Of a DNA stretch of 64,000 bases, positions 54,829 to 63,534 are shown in pieces. Each line of letters starts with the position of its first letter. Position 1 is the first letter of the stretch. Source of the stretch: a virus. The position numbers and the translations under genes were made by a program. The notes under the pieces were generated by a model. It saw only the letters and a program-made list of their open reading frames with translations, was not told the DNA's origin and ran no database searches. The stretch covers positions 1-64,000 of IMG/VR virus record IMGVR_UViG_3300010367_000050. One strand, given 5' to 3'.

Positions 54829-55395
54829 TCAATTGAGACGGATGCGTTTTACAACAGAGGCGTCACAGTTTTCAATAAACGACTGTAATTGGAACATATG
54901 AAGCGTATGGTCCACAGTTGACCGATGAAAGGTCAGACTGATCCTGCGAGCCTTCTTGATATCTGTGAACTTATTCAACAACTTGAATGTGCGCTCGTCG
55001 ATGGCAACCAACGTCTGCTTGCGGTTCTCTTTGAACACAAGCAAGGGCAACTTGCCTACTGATTTGGCGTCGTCTTCACACTGTTTCCACCAGTCATACA
55101 CCGGCGATTTGCCGTACAAGCACTGATACAGTTCAACGCAAGCATAAGTCTTGCACTCCACAGAGAAAGGAAACCTGGCATCTGGCGGAGCTACAATATC
55201 ACCGTGGAAGTCTCTCGTGGCATCGCTGGCCTTACTGAACCTGGATTGGCCTTGTTTGCCCCAGGCTCCAGATCCAGGTGTACGTCTGAATGTGCATCCA
55301 AACCAAGCTCCAAGGCTCTTGGCTACAACGCGCTCAAATTCTTTCCAATCTTTTGCCACGTCTGTTTGTTCTCCTGTCAACCCTAATAACGTCAC
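54829..55395 (-). CDS. Holliday junction resolvase (PD-(D/E)xK)
   Basis: FERVVAKSL..RRTPGSGA..GDI..FSVECK..WWKQ. Confidence 0.85.
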   Translation of the reverse strand: MTLLGLTGEQTDVAKDWKEFERVVAKSLGAWFGCTFRRTPGSGAWGKQGQSRFSKASDATRDFHGDIVAPPDARFPFSVECKTYACVELYQCLYGKSPVYDWWKQCEDDAKSVGKLPLLVFKENRKQTLVAIDERTFKLLNKFTDIKKARRISLTFHRSTVDHTLHMFQLQSFIENCDASVVKRIRLN

Positions 55396-55481
55396 AATCT
55401 CCTTAGAAGTTCTCAGAATGGAGATAAACTCAAAGCTTTCCTTGAATTATAACGTCCGATACTCTAATAGCCGGAGGTAAC

Positions 55482-56045
55482 ATGAATGCTGACGAAATGA
55501 AAGCTCTGCGTAATGCTCGCAGAGAGAAGTGGGACATGAGGTTTCTCCAGATGGCCTGTATGCTAGGCAAATGGAGCAAAGACCGCAGTGATCGCACTCC
55601 TGGGGTTGGGTCCGTTATTGTCGACCGATCTACTCTGCGAGTTGTGTCTGTTGGGTACAACGGGTTTCCGGCAGGGATCAACGATGATATAGCCGGACGG
55701 CACGAGCGTCCAGAGAAATACCAGTGGACCGTTCACGCTGAAGCCAACGCTATTGCCGGAGCAGCACAACTTGGAATTCGCCTGGCTGGAACCTCACTCT
55801 ACAGTACACAAATCCCATGCTCAGGTTGTATGGCTCTGCTTATTCAAGCGGGTATTCAATTTGCCATATTTCCCAATTTCACTGATCTTCCGGAGAAATG
55901 GTTACAAGACTGTGCTATTTCTATACAAATGGCCCAAGAGGCAGGAGTGATAACAAGAATCTATGAGTCAATCGCGCCAATATCTATTGAGCATCGTCGC
56001 CCAACTTCCGGAACACTTCAGAAAGCTTTGTCGTCACGTAGTTGA
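55482..56045 (+). CDS. dCMP deaminase
   Basis: SKD..VGSVIV..GYNGFP..HAEANAI..PCSGC. Confidence 0.93.
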   Translation: MNADEMKALRNARREKWDMRFLQMACMLGKWSKDRSDRTPGVGSVIVDRSTLRVVSVGYNGFPAGINDDIAGRHERPEKYQWTVHAEANAIAGAAQLGIRLAGTSLYSTQIPCSGCMALLIQAGIQFAIFPNFTDLPEKWLQDCAISIQMAQEAGVITRIYESIAPISIEHRRPTSGTLQKALSSRS

Positions 56046-56484
56046 TAACAGTGAGTTCCAACTTGTTGCCGCTTCCAGAACACAACATCACAACTATGTC
56101 GGGGGCTTGGAAGAGCACACCGCAGAAGTGCTCCAATTTGGAGTGAAACAGATAGGCGTTGATCCCGTATTTGTTGTGGCTGCAATCTGGCACGACTTCG
56201 CCAAGATTTTTGAATACGAGTTCATAACAGCCGACGAGACAAGTGCTGACCTTGTTGTTGTTTCCAAACCTTACAGAGACCTTATAGGACACATTGTGGG
56301 CAGCTACACAGAATTCGTACAAGTAGCTCAGTCCTTCGGCTACCCTGATTCGTTCATAGCCAGCGTTGGTCACTGTATATTGGCTCACCACGGCAGAAAA
56401 GAATGGGGTTCTCCAGTAGAACCCAGAACTCCAGAAGCCTGGATGCTACACTCTTGCGACATGATGTCTGCGCAGCGCAAGTAA
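55963..56484 (+). CDS. HD-domain phosphohydrolase (YhaM-like)
   Basis: AAS..HHNYVGGLEEHT..HDFAK..GHI..HCILAHHGRKEWGSP. Confidence 0.9.
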   Translation: MSQSRQYLLSIVAQLPEHFRKLCRHVVDNSEFQLVAASRTQHHNYVGGLEEHTAEVLQFGVKQIGVDPVFVVAAIWHDFAKIFEYEFITADETSADLVVVSKPYRDLIGHIVGSYTEFVQVAQSFGYPDSFIASVGHCILAHHGRKEWGSPVEPRTPEAWMLHSCDMMSAQRK

Positions 56485-56528
56485 ACCTTTTAGACTTCAC
56501 AACCGTTACAGTACTACAGGAGAATTTC

Positions 56529-56912
56529 ATGAAATTCGCGTCATGCGCTATGTTCCTATTGTTAGCTGTGTCGTCCATCGCTCAAACTCCGACTGCCAAA
56601 CCGAGCCCCAAAACGCCAAATACACAGACTGCTTCAACTCAATCTGTCGATGGCCAAGATCGAGCTCAGCTGCTTCAGCAAGCTTCAGCCATGTACCGCG
56701 AGAATGTGATGCTGAAGATGAAGCTCAACAAAGAACGCCTCTTGCGCCTTCAAGAGCAAGCTCTGCCGCTACAACAAGAGCGCCAGGAAATGATTCAGGA
56801 ACTCAACCAGTCCAACCCCGGTTATCACTGGGATGAAGGCTCGGAGTCTATGGTGAAGAACCCCGAACCCGAAAAGCCTGCTCCGGCTCCCGCGCCGCCT
56901 GCCACGAAATAA
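56529..56912 (+). CDS. secreted coiled-coil protein
   Basis: MKFASCAMFLLLAVSSIA-Q signal peptide; AGGAG RBS. Confidence 0.7.
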   Translation: MKFASCAMFLLLAVSSIAQTPTAKPSPKTPNTQTASTQSVDGQDRAQLLQQASAMYRENVMLKMKLNKERLLRLQEQALPLQQERQEMIQELNQSNPGYHWDEGSESMVKNPEPEKPAPAPAPPATK

Positions 56913-56932
56913 CGATTCTTCTCTCATTGTTA

Positions 56933-56980
56933 CGGGGTGCCATGGTTTCCGGAAGGGGAACGGGCACCCCGAATCCTTTT
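56933..56980 (+). terminator. long hairpin / probable terminator
   Basis: CGGGGTGCC...GGCACCCCG stem followed by AATCCTTTT. Confidence 0.55.
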
Positions 56981-57007
56981 AGCAATTCTCAGCGCAACGG
57001 AGCGATA

Positions 57008-57433
57008 ATGCACAGAGTACCCTTCACCAAGCACCATGTTAGGCTCTTTCTGGATGCCAAACTAACAGAATTGAGCACTAAGAAAGCCAGACTTGGACTA
57101 GTGATTGATCTATCCAACAATGAGCACATTCAAACTGAGATTGATCGTACCCAAGCTCAAATAGCTGTTTTGGAGTCCGTCAGGGGAGCCATTGTGGGTC
57201 CCAGAACCTCCCTCAAGCCTTTGAACACAAGACTTTGCCGGTTCACCCGAGACGGCAGCACCTGTGGGCGACCTATCGCACCTCACAACAAGACTGGAAT
57301 CTGCACCTACTGTTGGAAGCGTAACTCTGAAGGTGTAAATAACCTGTTGGCTTCCGAAGGGTGGGACAGAGAAGATCCAAGTACACACTATAAAGACAAG
57401 AGCTTACTGGGTCTTCCGTCTCGCCTACAATAA
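57008..57433 (+). CDS. hypothetical protein with C4 Zn finger
   Basis: CRF....TC...ICTYC. Confidence 0.6.
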   Translation: MHRVPFTKHHVRLFLDAKLTELSTKKARLGLVIDLSNNEHIQTEIDRTQAQIAVLESVRGAIVGPRTSLKPLNTRLCRFTRDGSTCGRPIAPHNKTGICTYCWKRNSEGVNNLLASEGWDREDPSTHYKDKSLLGLPSRLQ

Positions 57434-57437
57434 TAGC

Positions 57438-57731
57438 ATGAACCGGCCTCCAGTACAAGTAACCTTTGGCAAGATAAACCACATCGATGAGGCTGATAAG
57501 CACCCTGACGAGCAGTTCCAACATGCGCTGGACTGGGCCACCGGAGACAACACTCCAGGCATGTGGCGGAAAGACGAATTCAAGCCAGAAAGCGACTGTG
57601 GACTGTGGTACATAGTCAAGTTTTCGTTCCTCGTTTACATCATCGGGTGTGGTACAGCCCTGAATGAAGTGCTAAACGACATTACGGCCAAGTACGGGCC
57701 TGTGAGAGAATGGATTCAATTAGGAGATTGA
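57438..57731 (+). CDS. hypothetical protein
   Basis: Tightly packed plus-strand ORF. Confidence 0.55.
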   Translation: MNRPPVQVTFGKINHIDEADKHPDEQFQHALDWATGDNTPGMWRKDEFKPESDCGLWYIVKFSFLVYIIGCGTALNEVLNDITAKYGPVREWIQLGD

Positions 57732-57995
57732 ATGGACAGTATTGAACTCGACAAACAAAAGATCATCGACGGGCTGCGTATACAGGAAACCCCTGTATCG
57801 GCCAGCAATACAGACTGCGCGCATCCCGAAATTCAACCAAGGTTCGTGAGCCATATGTTCGATGGACCTACTGTTGTACTGATGGGCTACACCTGTCTCA
57901 AATGCAAACATACCTTTGACGTTTGCCACGCTTGCACGGCTACCATTGGGCTCCCGGCTTTCCATGTTGGAGGCGACAAATGGCACAACAGCTAA
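57732..57995 (+). CDS. hypothetical Cys-rich protein
   Basis: CAH..CLKC..CHAC; AGGAG RBS. Confidence 0.6.
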   Translation: MDSIELDKQKIIDGLRIQETPVSASNTDCAHPEIQPRFVSHMFDGPTVVLMGYTCLKCKHTFDVCHACTATIGLPAFHVGGDKWHNS

Positions 57996-58423
57996 TCTCG
58001 TATGTAACAGGATTCATGGTGTGCTGTGGAAAGGTCTTGCTTATCAATAAGGTACGACCAGTTTGGCAAGAAGGACTGGCAAATGGGGTGGGCGGTAAGA
58101 TCGAACCAAATGAAACCCCGTTACAAGCCATGATAAGAGAATTCCAAGAAGAAACAGGGTATCATCAACCTGTTTGGGAAGAGTTCTGCGAACTCAGCGA
58201 CGGGGCAAATTTCAAAGTTCACTTTTTCGTTTGTGTATTGCCGTTTCAACCCAAGGTAAGATCAGTCACTGACGAGACAGTATTCTGGGTTGACCACAGT
58301 CCATTTCCTCCCGGTACATTTGTAATTCCTAATCTGAGATGGTTACTGCCCATGGCGTTCAATAGACTAGACGCAAGGCACACTATCGAGAAATTCACTG
58401 TCCTAGAACAAGTGCGAAGGTAA
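57980..58423 (+). CDS. Nudix hydrolase (MutT-like)
   Basis: GGKIEPNETPLQAMIREFQEETG Nudix box. Confidence 0.92.
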   Translation: MAQQLISYVTGFMVCCGKVLLINKVRPVWQEGLANGVGGKIEPNETPLQAMIREFQEETGYHQPVWEEFCELSDGANFKVHFFVCVLPFQPKVRSVTDETVFWVDHSPFPPGTFVIPNLRWLLPMAFNRLDARHTIEKFTVLEQVRR

Positions 58424-58425
58424 CT

Positions 58426-58656
58426 ATGCGTCCTGACCTGGAGATCGTCAACGGCAGACCGAAACAGCGCAAGCTTACACCAAAACAGAAATACATCAAC
58501 AAATATCGTGAAGAGGCTCTGAAGGAACTCAAATGCCACATACATGTTACTGGCAGTAACTCTGACGTGGTAGCTTGTGTCAGAGCCGTGATGAGGTTTA
58601 CAGAGACTATGTGGCCGGGCGTTTGGAGTGAGGATGATCGTTTATCGCAAGACTGA
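58426..58656 (+). CDS. hypothetical protein
   Basis: GAAGGT RBS, packed ORF. Confidence 0.55.
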   Translation: MRPDLEIVNGRPKQRKLTPKQKYINKYREEALKELKCHIHVTGSNSDVVACVRAVMRFTETMWPGVWSEDDRLSQD

Positions 58657-59096
58657 CGTTGGGAAGATAGTGTTTCATGGATCGTCTTCTGTGTTTGATG
58701 AATCCATAGCGCAAGGCTGGAAGGGCACAGTTCATGTAACTGATGTACCCCGTCTTGCGGTTATGGAGGCTGTATGGAAGTGCTCTGGAGATGGGTCGCA
58801 TATAGATGACTCTCTCAAGAAAGTACACGTTGGTGGGCGTCCTACTCTCTACATGCTTGTTGTCAATCCACGCAAACTACGTTGGGATGACGCATGGTGT
58901 AAAGAAGACGGACCCCCACTTTTGCTGGTCGTTACCGGCTTCTGCCATTTGGGATACAGTAAAGTTAGACCGCGCGTGCTTGAAACAATTGATACAGGAG
59001 TTGTTGGAGAAACGCACGTACCACGACTACAACAAGATTACACTTATCAACGACACCGAAAGTCTGAATCAGATACGTGTGGTCCAAGGAGAATAA
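58634..59096 (+). pseudogene. hypothetical gene with an apparent +1 frameshift
   Basis: Two overlapping frames (58628.. and 58806..59096) join into one ORF if one C of the C5 run at 58913-58917 is removed. Confidence 0.45.
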
Positions 59097-59099
59097 CAC

Positions 59100-60119
59100 A
59101 TGTCGCAAAGCCCCTACGCATCCTGGCTTCCTCCCCTTGCACGCATGACGAAGTCATTCCTGAAACAGAACATTCCTGGTACCAAACGCACCTATGCTGT
59201 GACTTCCAACAAATTCACAGCCCTTGGAAGCGCCGCAATAACCGGACTCAACACTCCCGGTGTTGGCAATGGAGTTGCTATCATAACTGGTCCTGGACCA
59301 TACCAAGGTAAGCAGGCGCGCAGGTTGTCTGTTATGGCTCCAGATGGTCAACAAGCCAATGGAATTGCCTACACTATGTTGGACGCCACTATGGGCCTGC
59401 CACCGTCTGCTACTGTTTCCAATGGCGCACTCATTATCACAGCCGCTGTAGACAGTGTCAACGCCGATGGCTCTGTGAATATGAGAGTTACAGCTACCAA
59501 TGTAAACGCGGTTCAGCTGTACGTTAGCAACAAGCTGATCACACAACAGGACTACAAAGGTTCCCCAATAAATTTCACCATCAACACGCAAGGGAACAAT
59601 AATGTCGGGTTCCAGGGATGGAACGGGAACAACAGCGTACTTGTAAACGTGCAAGTGTCGGTAAACGTCCCTATCCTTCCCGACATCAAGAGCGGAACAA
59701 TCAGAGGCAGTTTCCTTGCAGACAAAATGCCACAAGCGTTCGAGTTCCTTCTGGAACTGCAGATGAACGGGTGGAATGCTCCTGTAAGTGGGCAGATTAG
59801 GCCAACCACGTTCCACGAATGGAAGGATGAAACAACAGAATGGGTAGATGTTGGTATCGACACCGGATTTGTTCCAGGACAGTGGAACACATTCGAGCTT
59901 CATGCCTCATTCGATATGGCCAACCGCAAGTACTACTATGAGTGGTTGTACATCAACGATGTTCCTGTATTCATCGACCGTCACGTGGGGTACAACTACA
60001 CTCCAGCAGTCATGCCTAACAGAGAGCCCAAGAACGGAACTGGAATCTATGTCGCTGTTCAACAGGACTGGGTAGGTGCTGTATGGGTTGCCGATCTGGA
60101 GATTGACATTTACAGCTAA
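59100..60119 (+). CDS. beta-rich protein (Ig-like plus lectin/ConA-like), possible virion accessory
   Basis: AAGGAG RBS; Asn/Thr/Gly/Val-rich, GQWNTFELH..LYIND. Confidence 0.6.
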   Translation: MSQSPYASWLPPLARMTKSFLKQNIPGTKRTYAVTSNKFTALGSAAITGLNTPGVGNGVAIITGPGPYQGKQARRLSVMAPDGQQANGIAYTMLDATMGLPPSATVSNGALIITAAVDSVNADGSVNMRVTATNVNAVQLYVSNKLITQQDYKGSPINFTINTQGNNNVGFQGWNGNNSVLVNVQVSVNVPILPDIKSGTIRGSFLADKMPQAFEFLLELQMNGWNAPVSGQIRPTTFHEWKDETTEWVDVGIDTGFVPGQWNTFELHASFDMANRKYYYEWLYINDVPVFIDRHVGYNYTPAVMPNREPKNGTGIYVAVQQDWVGAVWVADLEIDIYS

Positions 60120-60127
60120 CAACTCAG

Positions 60128-60167
60128 GGCTATCCTTGGTAACAATACAGGGATAGCCTATTCTTTT
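60128..60167 (+). terminator. Rho-independent terminator
   Basis: GGCTATCC...GGATAGCC followed by TATTCTTTT. Confidence 0.65.
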
Positions 60168-60254
60168 GGAGGCATAGATGCCTGAAGAATGACATATCAG
60201 GCAGGTGCGACGCGGGACCACATCCGGTTAGTGAAACCACCAGCTGCGTAGACT

Positions 60255-60635
60255 GTGGCAAGGAACTACACTGGAAAGATGGGAATTGGTGGACATGGGA
60301 TGCAGACTTATTTCCTCACAAGGAGCCACAACACGGAGGAACTCCAAGGAGAGACAATGCCAAAGTGGAATAGGTACAACCGCAAAGATCACGTCATACA
60401 GTATGCACTGATGACACCCAGGGCTTGGATACAGGGTCAGCCTGACTTCAACAGTAGATGGTGGTCCGGAGACCATAATGGAGCTTCGCATTGTATACTC
60501 ATGAGAGATGATGGAAAGCTCATGGCTGTAACCTGTGATGAAGCTAGGCAGTACGGATGGGAAACAGCCATGATGTATGACTTTGGAAAGAACCCTGTAA
60601 TCGTCAAGCACATGTACGTGAGGATGGTAATATGA
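60255..60635 (+). CDS. hypothetical protein
   Basis: Plus-strand ORF; start uncertain (AAGGAG precedes the internal MPKWNR). Confidence 0.5.
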   Translation: MARNYTGKMGIGGHGMQTYFLTRSHNTEELQGETMPKWNRYNRKDHVIQYALMTPRAWIQGQPDFNSRWWSGDHNGASHCILMRDDGKLMAVTCDEARQYGWETAMMYDFGKNPVIVKHMYVRMVI

Positions 60636-60886
60636 CAATGTGGAACAAGTTCAAGACCAAGCTACGCCTGTGGTGGAACGGCCGTTGCCCAGGGTGTTAC
60701 ATAAATGATGGCGTTATCATGGCGTTGGACTCCAGAGGCAAGTGTATTCGTTGTACCGATGGGAACGGCAACAGCAAGCAAGACCCTGGTGAGGTATCTC
60801 CAATTGTGACTTGGCTTGAAAACGCAAGAACAAATGACGACAAGCCGGGTCCAACTCCACGCCCCAGGAACAAGCAAGGATATTGA
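60632..60886 (+). CDS. hypothetical Zn-ribbon protein
   Basis: CPGC..CIRC; ATGA overlap. Confidence 0.55.
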   Translation: MTMWNKFKTKLRLWWNGRCPGCYINDGVIMALDSRGKCIRCTDGNGNSKQDPGEVSPIVTWLENARTNDDKPGPTPRPRNKQGY

Positions 60887-60983
60887 CGTCTATTGGGCAA
60901 TTTTCCACTAAAAATTTTATTCAACATTACCTCCTGTCTACAAGAAGGAGTTAGTCTATCCCCTAGAGGGAGAGGAGAGTGAG

Positions 60984-61208
60984 ATGACTGTTGTGAGTCC
61001 CAATCCCGTTGTGGTTGTGTCTGTTATGGGCGTTGTATTGTCCAGTCTTGTCCTTTGTGCCCGTGGAATTCATATGGCAGTGACAGATTGGCCCAATACC
61101 CGCCATGTTGTACGGATTGTGTTCATCTTGTTGGTGACACTGTTGTCAGTTTTGTTATTGGATGTGTTTGTCATTTGTTGGCATAGTCTTGTGGGGATAC
61201 AGCAGTGA
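60984..61208 (+). CDS. small membrane protein (2 TM)
   Basis: AGGAG RBS, two hydrophobic stretches. Confidence 0.55.
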   Translation: MTVVSPNPVVVVSVMGVVLSSLVLCARGIHMAVTDWPNTRHVVRIVFILLVTLLSVLLLDVFVICWHSLVGIQQ

Positions 61209-61395
61209 TTGACAAGGCGTATCCACGGTTGAAATCCATAATGACAGGCAAGTGGTATGTTGTACTTATGAAGCGGCCACGGTGGTCGTGGGAAACTACT
61301 GGAGCTTGGAATGTCTATGGAGTTAGCATGGGCATTCGCACATCGCTATCTGTACGTGCAGCGTAGTACTCCCCCTAGGGAAGAGGGAGGGAGCC

Positions 61396-61802
61396 TTGGG
61401 AAATAGTATCAGCGCTGTATCAGTTGCAATGGTAGCGTGTACGGTGTGTGCTCTCTTGTCTGCTAACACGGCTTCACGCCTGTACAAGAGAGGTGGAGAC
61501 GGTATGGACGCTTGGATTACAGTTACAGCGATCATGTTGATGTCTGTCTTTGGCTTTGCATCCTTGTTATTGATGGGGGCGGTGTTGTCGTTATGTCTGT
61601 GAATAGCTTGATCTGCACGGTTGGAGTGGCTTCCTTGGGTATCCTGTTGGAGAGTCGTGTCTTCAAGGACAGGGTGCTTGTCTCCATGGATGTGTTGTGT
61701 GTTGTGGCTATGTTGTTGCTCCTGTCGTATTGGAGCCTGGTCCATTCTGCTATGCATGTTTGTACCGAGTTGTTGTGGAGGATATATGTGGCTCTTGGGT
61801 GA
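61396..61802 (+). CDS. two small tandem 2-TM membrane proteins (61396..61602 and about 61593..61802)
   Basis: Hydrophobic ORFs resembling 60984..61208; boundaries uncertain. Confidence 0.4.
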
Positions 61803-62288
61803 TGTATTGGCGTCTTATGTCAAAATTTGTGTTTGCGAGGTTGGGCAGCCAGTTTCCGCACGTCCTGAGTGCTGAGCCTGGGAGGCCATGGGGAGGTGTG
61901 GGGCCCCTTGTGTGCTGTGTGTCAGCGGCTGTGCTCCGATGCATTCAGTCAAGCTACAAGCACAACAGACAACTGGGCACGTGGGAAACAACCTCAAAGC
62001 CCAGAGACGCAATCCTACGGAGGGGATTCTAGGGAGCAGGTGCTGTTCTCTGGACTTGTCTCTATGGGAACTGTAGGGACTATCAGGACTGGTCTCTGCT
62101 CCCTCCCTAGGGGCTTTCTAGAGCAATACACAGACGGTTGTGGGTCCCAGTTACAACAAGGAATGGACTAGGTGGGATTCTCAACACGAGGCTGTACTCT
62201 CCTGTGTTCACTCCCATGCGTCCCTCCCTAGGGGTAGCTAGAGGGTATTTCTAACAGTACTTGCAGACGCTGGTCAGTTCTGACAATA

Positions 62289-62312
62289 CAAAAGGCACCC
62301 CGAAAGGTGCCT
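62289..62312 (-). terminator. terminator with TTCG loop
   Basis: minus AGGCACC-TTTCGG-GGTGCCT-TTTG. Confidence 0.8.
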
Positions 62313-62338
62313 AGTGGCGCTGCGATCTGAGCTGTGTA

Positions 62339-62615
62339 CTATAGGCTGGGCGTAGTTCGTCCAGCTGTAAAACTGCAATGGTTGCCCGTTCCGATGGGAT
62401 GCCGATGGCCGCAATAGCAAGGATATGTACTGTTGATGTGCGCCCTCATGGCGATGGCTGTGTTGACTGCGTCTTGCGCGTCATTCGTGAAGTAGACCGC
62501 TGGATGCTGCCAACCTTTGTCCCACTCTTGGAGACGTACCTGGAATTCCCCTTCGACGACTCGGATAACTTACGCCGTGCTCTTTCGCGATTGCTTTTGC
62601 CTGAGCCTGTGTCAT
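62339..62615 (-). pseudogene. small early gene with an apparent 1-nt insertion
   Basis: MTQAQAKAIAKEHGV continues in the +1 frame as VIRVVEGEFQVRLQEW..YFTNDAQDAVNTAIAM..; span is 3n+1. Confidence 0.55.
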
Positions 62616-62644
62616 AAATGTCTCCCTGCCGCGTTCCTATCGGA

Positions 62645-62740
62645 CTAAAGGTTGGAGGCTTCGCTGAGGTTGGACCGTACTTCGAGGGTTACAAAGACGG
62701 CTGCGATGACGATGAGGTATGCGATAAAAAGGTGTTCCAT
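62645..62740 (-). CDS. 31-aa single-TM peptide
   Basis: AAGGAG RBS; MEHLFIAYLIVIAAVFVTLEVRSNLSEASNL. Confidence 0.6.
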   Translation of the reverse strand: MEHLFIAYLIVIAAVFVTLEVRSNLSEASNL

Positions 62741-62800
62741 AAAATTGTCTCCTTTGAGCTTTGAGGGACAGGGGAGTCGTACGGACCTCCCCTCCGGACC

Positions 62801-63385
62801 CTACTTGACGCTGAGGTTGTACTGCGAGAGAACCTTGGCGTACTTCCCGGCTTGGCGCTTCGGGCTGATACCGCGAAGGTCTTTGAGGATTCCCTTGCCG
62901 AGGGCCTCTACTGCCTTGTTGAGGGATTCGTCCTTGACGGAGATGACTCCGCTGTCCTCGTTGACGTTGAGCTCCAAACCGCGTGAGGCGTGATAGGTAC
63001 CGATCGAACGCTTGATGTCGCTGAAGAATACGCTGGCCGTGGTCTTCTTGCGGCGGTTGTCTCCGTCCGTACCGTCGCTGAACTTTGCGAGGAAGGAGTC
63101 AATAATCTCCTTCTTGGTCGAAGTACCGGCGATGAGGAGTTCGCTGAGGAAACCCGTTTCGGTGGCCGCGCCGAATCCGAGTGCGTTGAGCTCGCGTGCC
63201 GGAGTTGCTTCCGTGGTGGTTTCGGTCTCGGTGGACTCTTCGGTAGGCGCGGGTGTCTCTTCCGGGGTTACGTTGACCGGAACGAGTTCGTTGGACTCGA
63301 CGGTATCGACCGTTTCGATGGTCTCTTCCGCTACGGCTACGTGCTGTTCGATGCTCTTGGACGACTTGCGAATCTTCTTCGACAT
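62801..63385 (-). CDS. probable early DNA-binding protein (acidic N-terminus plus winged-helix-like domain)
   Basis: AAGGAG RBS, own promoter, biased codons; domain similar to the C-terminus of 52981..54324. Confidence 0.7.
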   Translation of the reverse strand: MSKKIRKSSKSIEQHVAVAEETIETVDTVESNELVPVNVTPEETPAPTEESTETETTTEATPARELNALGFGAATETGFLSELLIAGTSTKKEIIDSFLAKFSDGTDGDNRRKKTTASVFFSDIKRSIGTYHASRGLELNVNEDSGVISVKDESLNKAVEALGKGILKDLRGISPKRQAGKYAKVLSQYNLSVK

Positions 63386-63478
63386 TTTTGTTCTCCTTCC
63401 CCGGTATCCGCCGGAGTTCGGGTTAGAGGTTTCGCGTGGACTTCGGTTGCTTCCGTTGCCCTTTCGATTACAAATACA

Positions 63479-63534
63479 AGGTTATCGTAGTTTCGGACTA
63501 AAGTAAAGCGAAAAACGAACTATTTTTCATTTAT
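63479..63534 (-). promoter_or_regulatory. strong early sigma70-type promoter with AT-rich UP element
   Basis: TTTACT-N17-TAACCT, upstream ATAAATGAAAAATAG. Confidence 0.65.

Noticed and set aside
56913-57007. tRNA or riboswitch in this hairpin region, or in the 63386-63470 leader
   Set aside because: No cloverleaf, T-loop or recognisable aptamer consensus; simple hairpins explain them.
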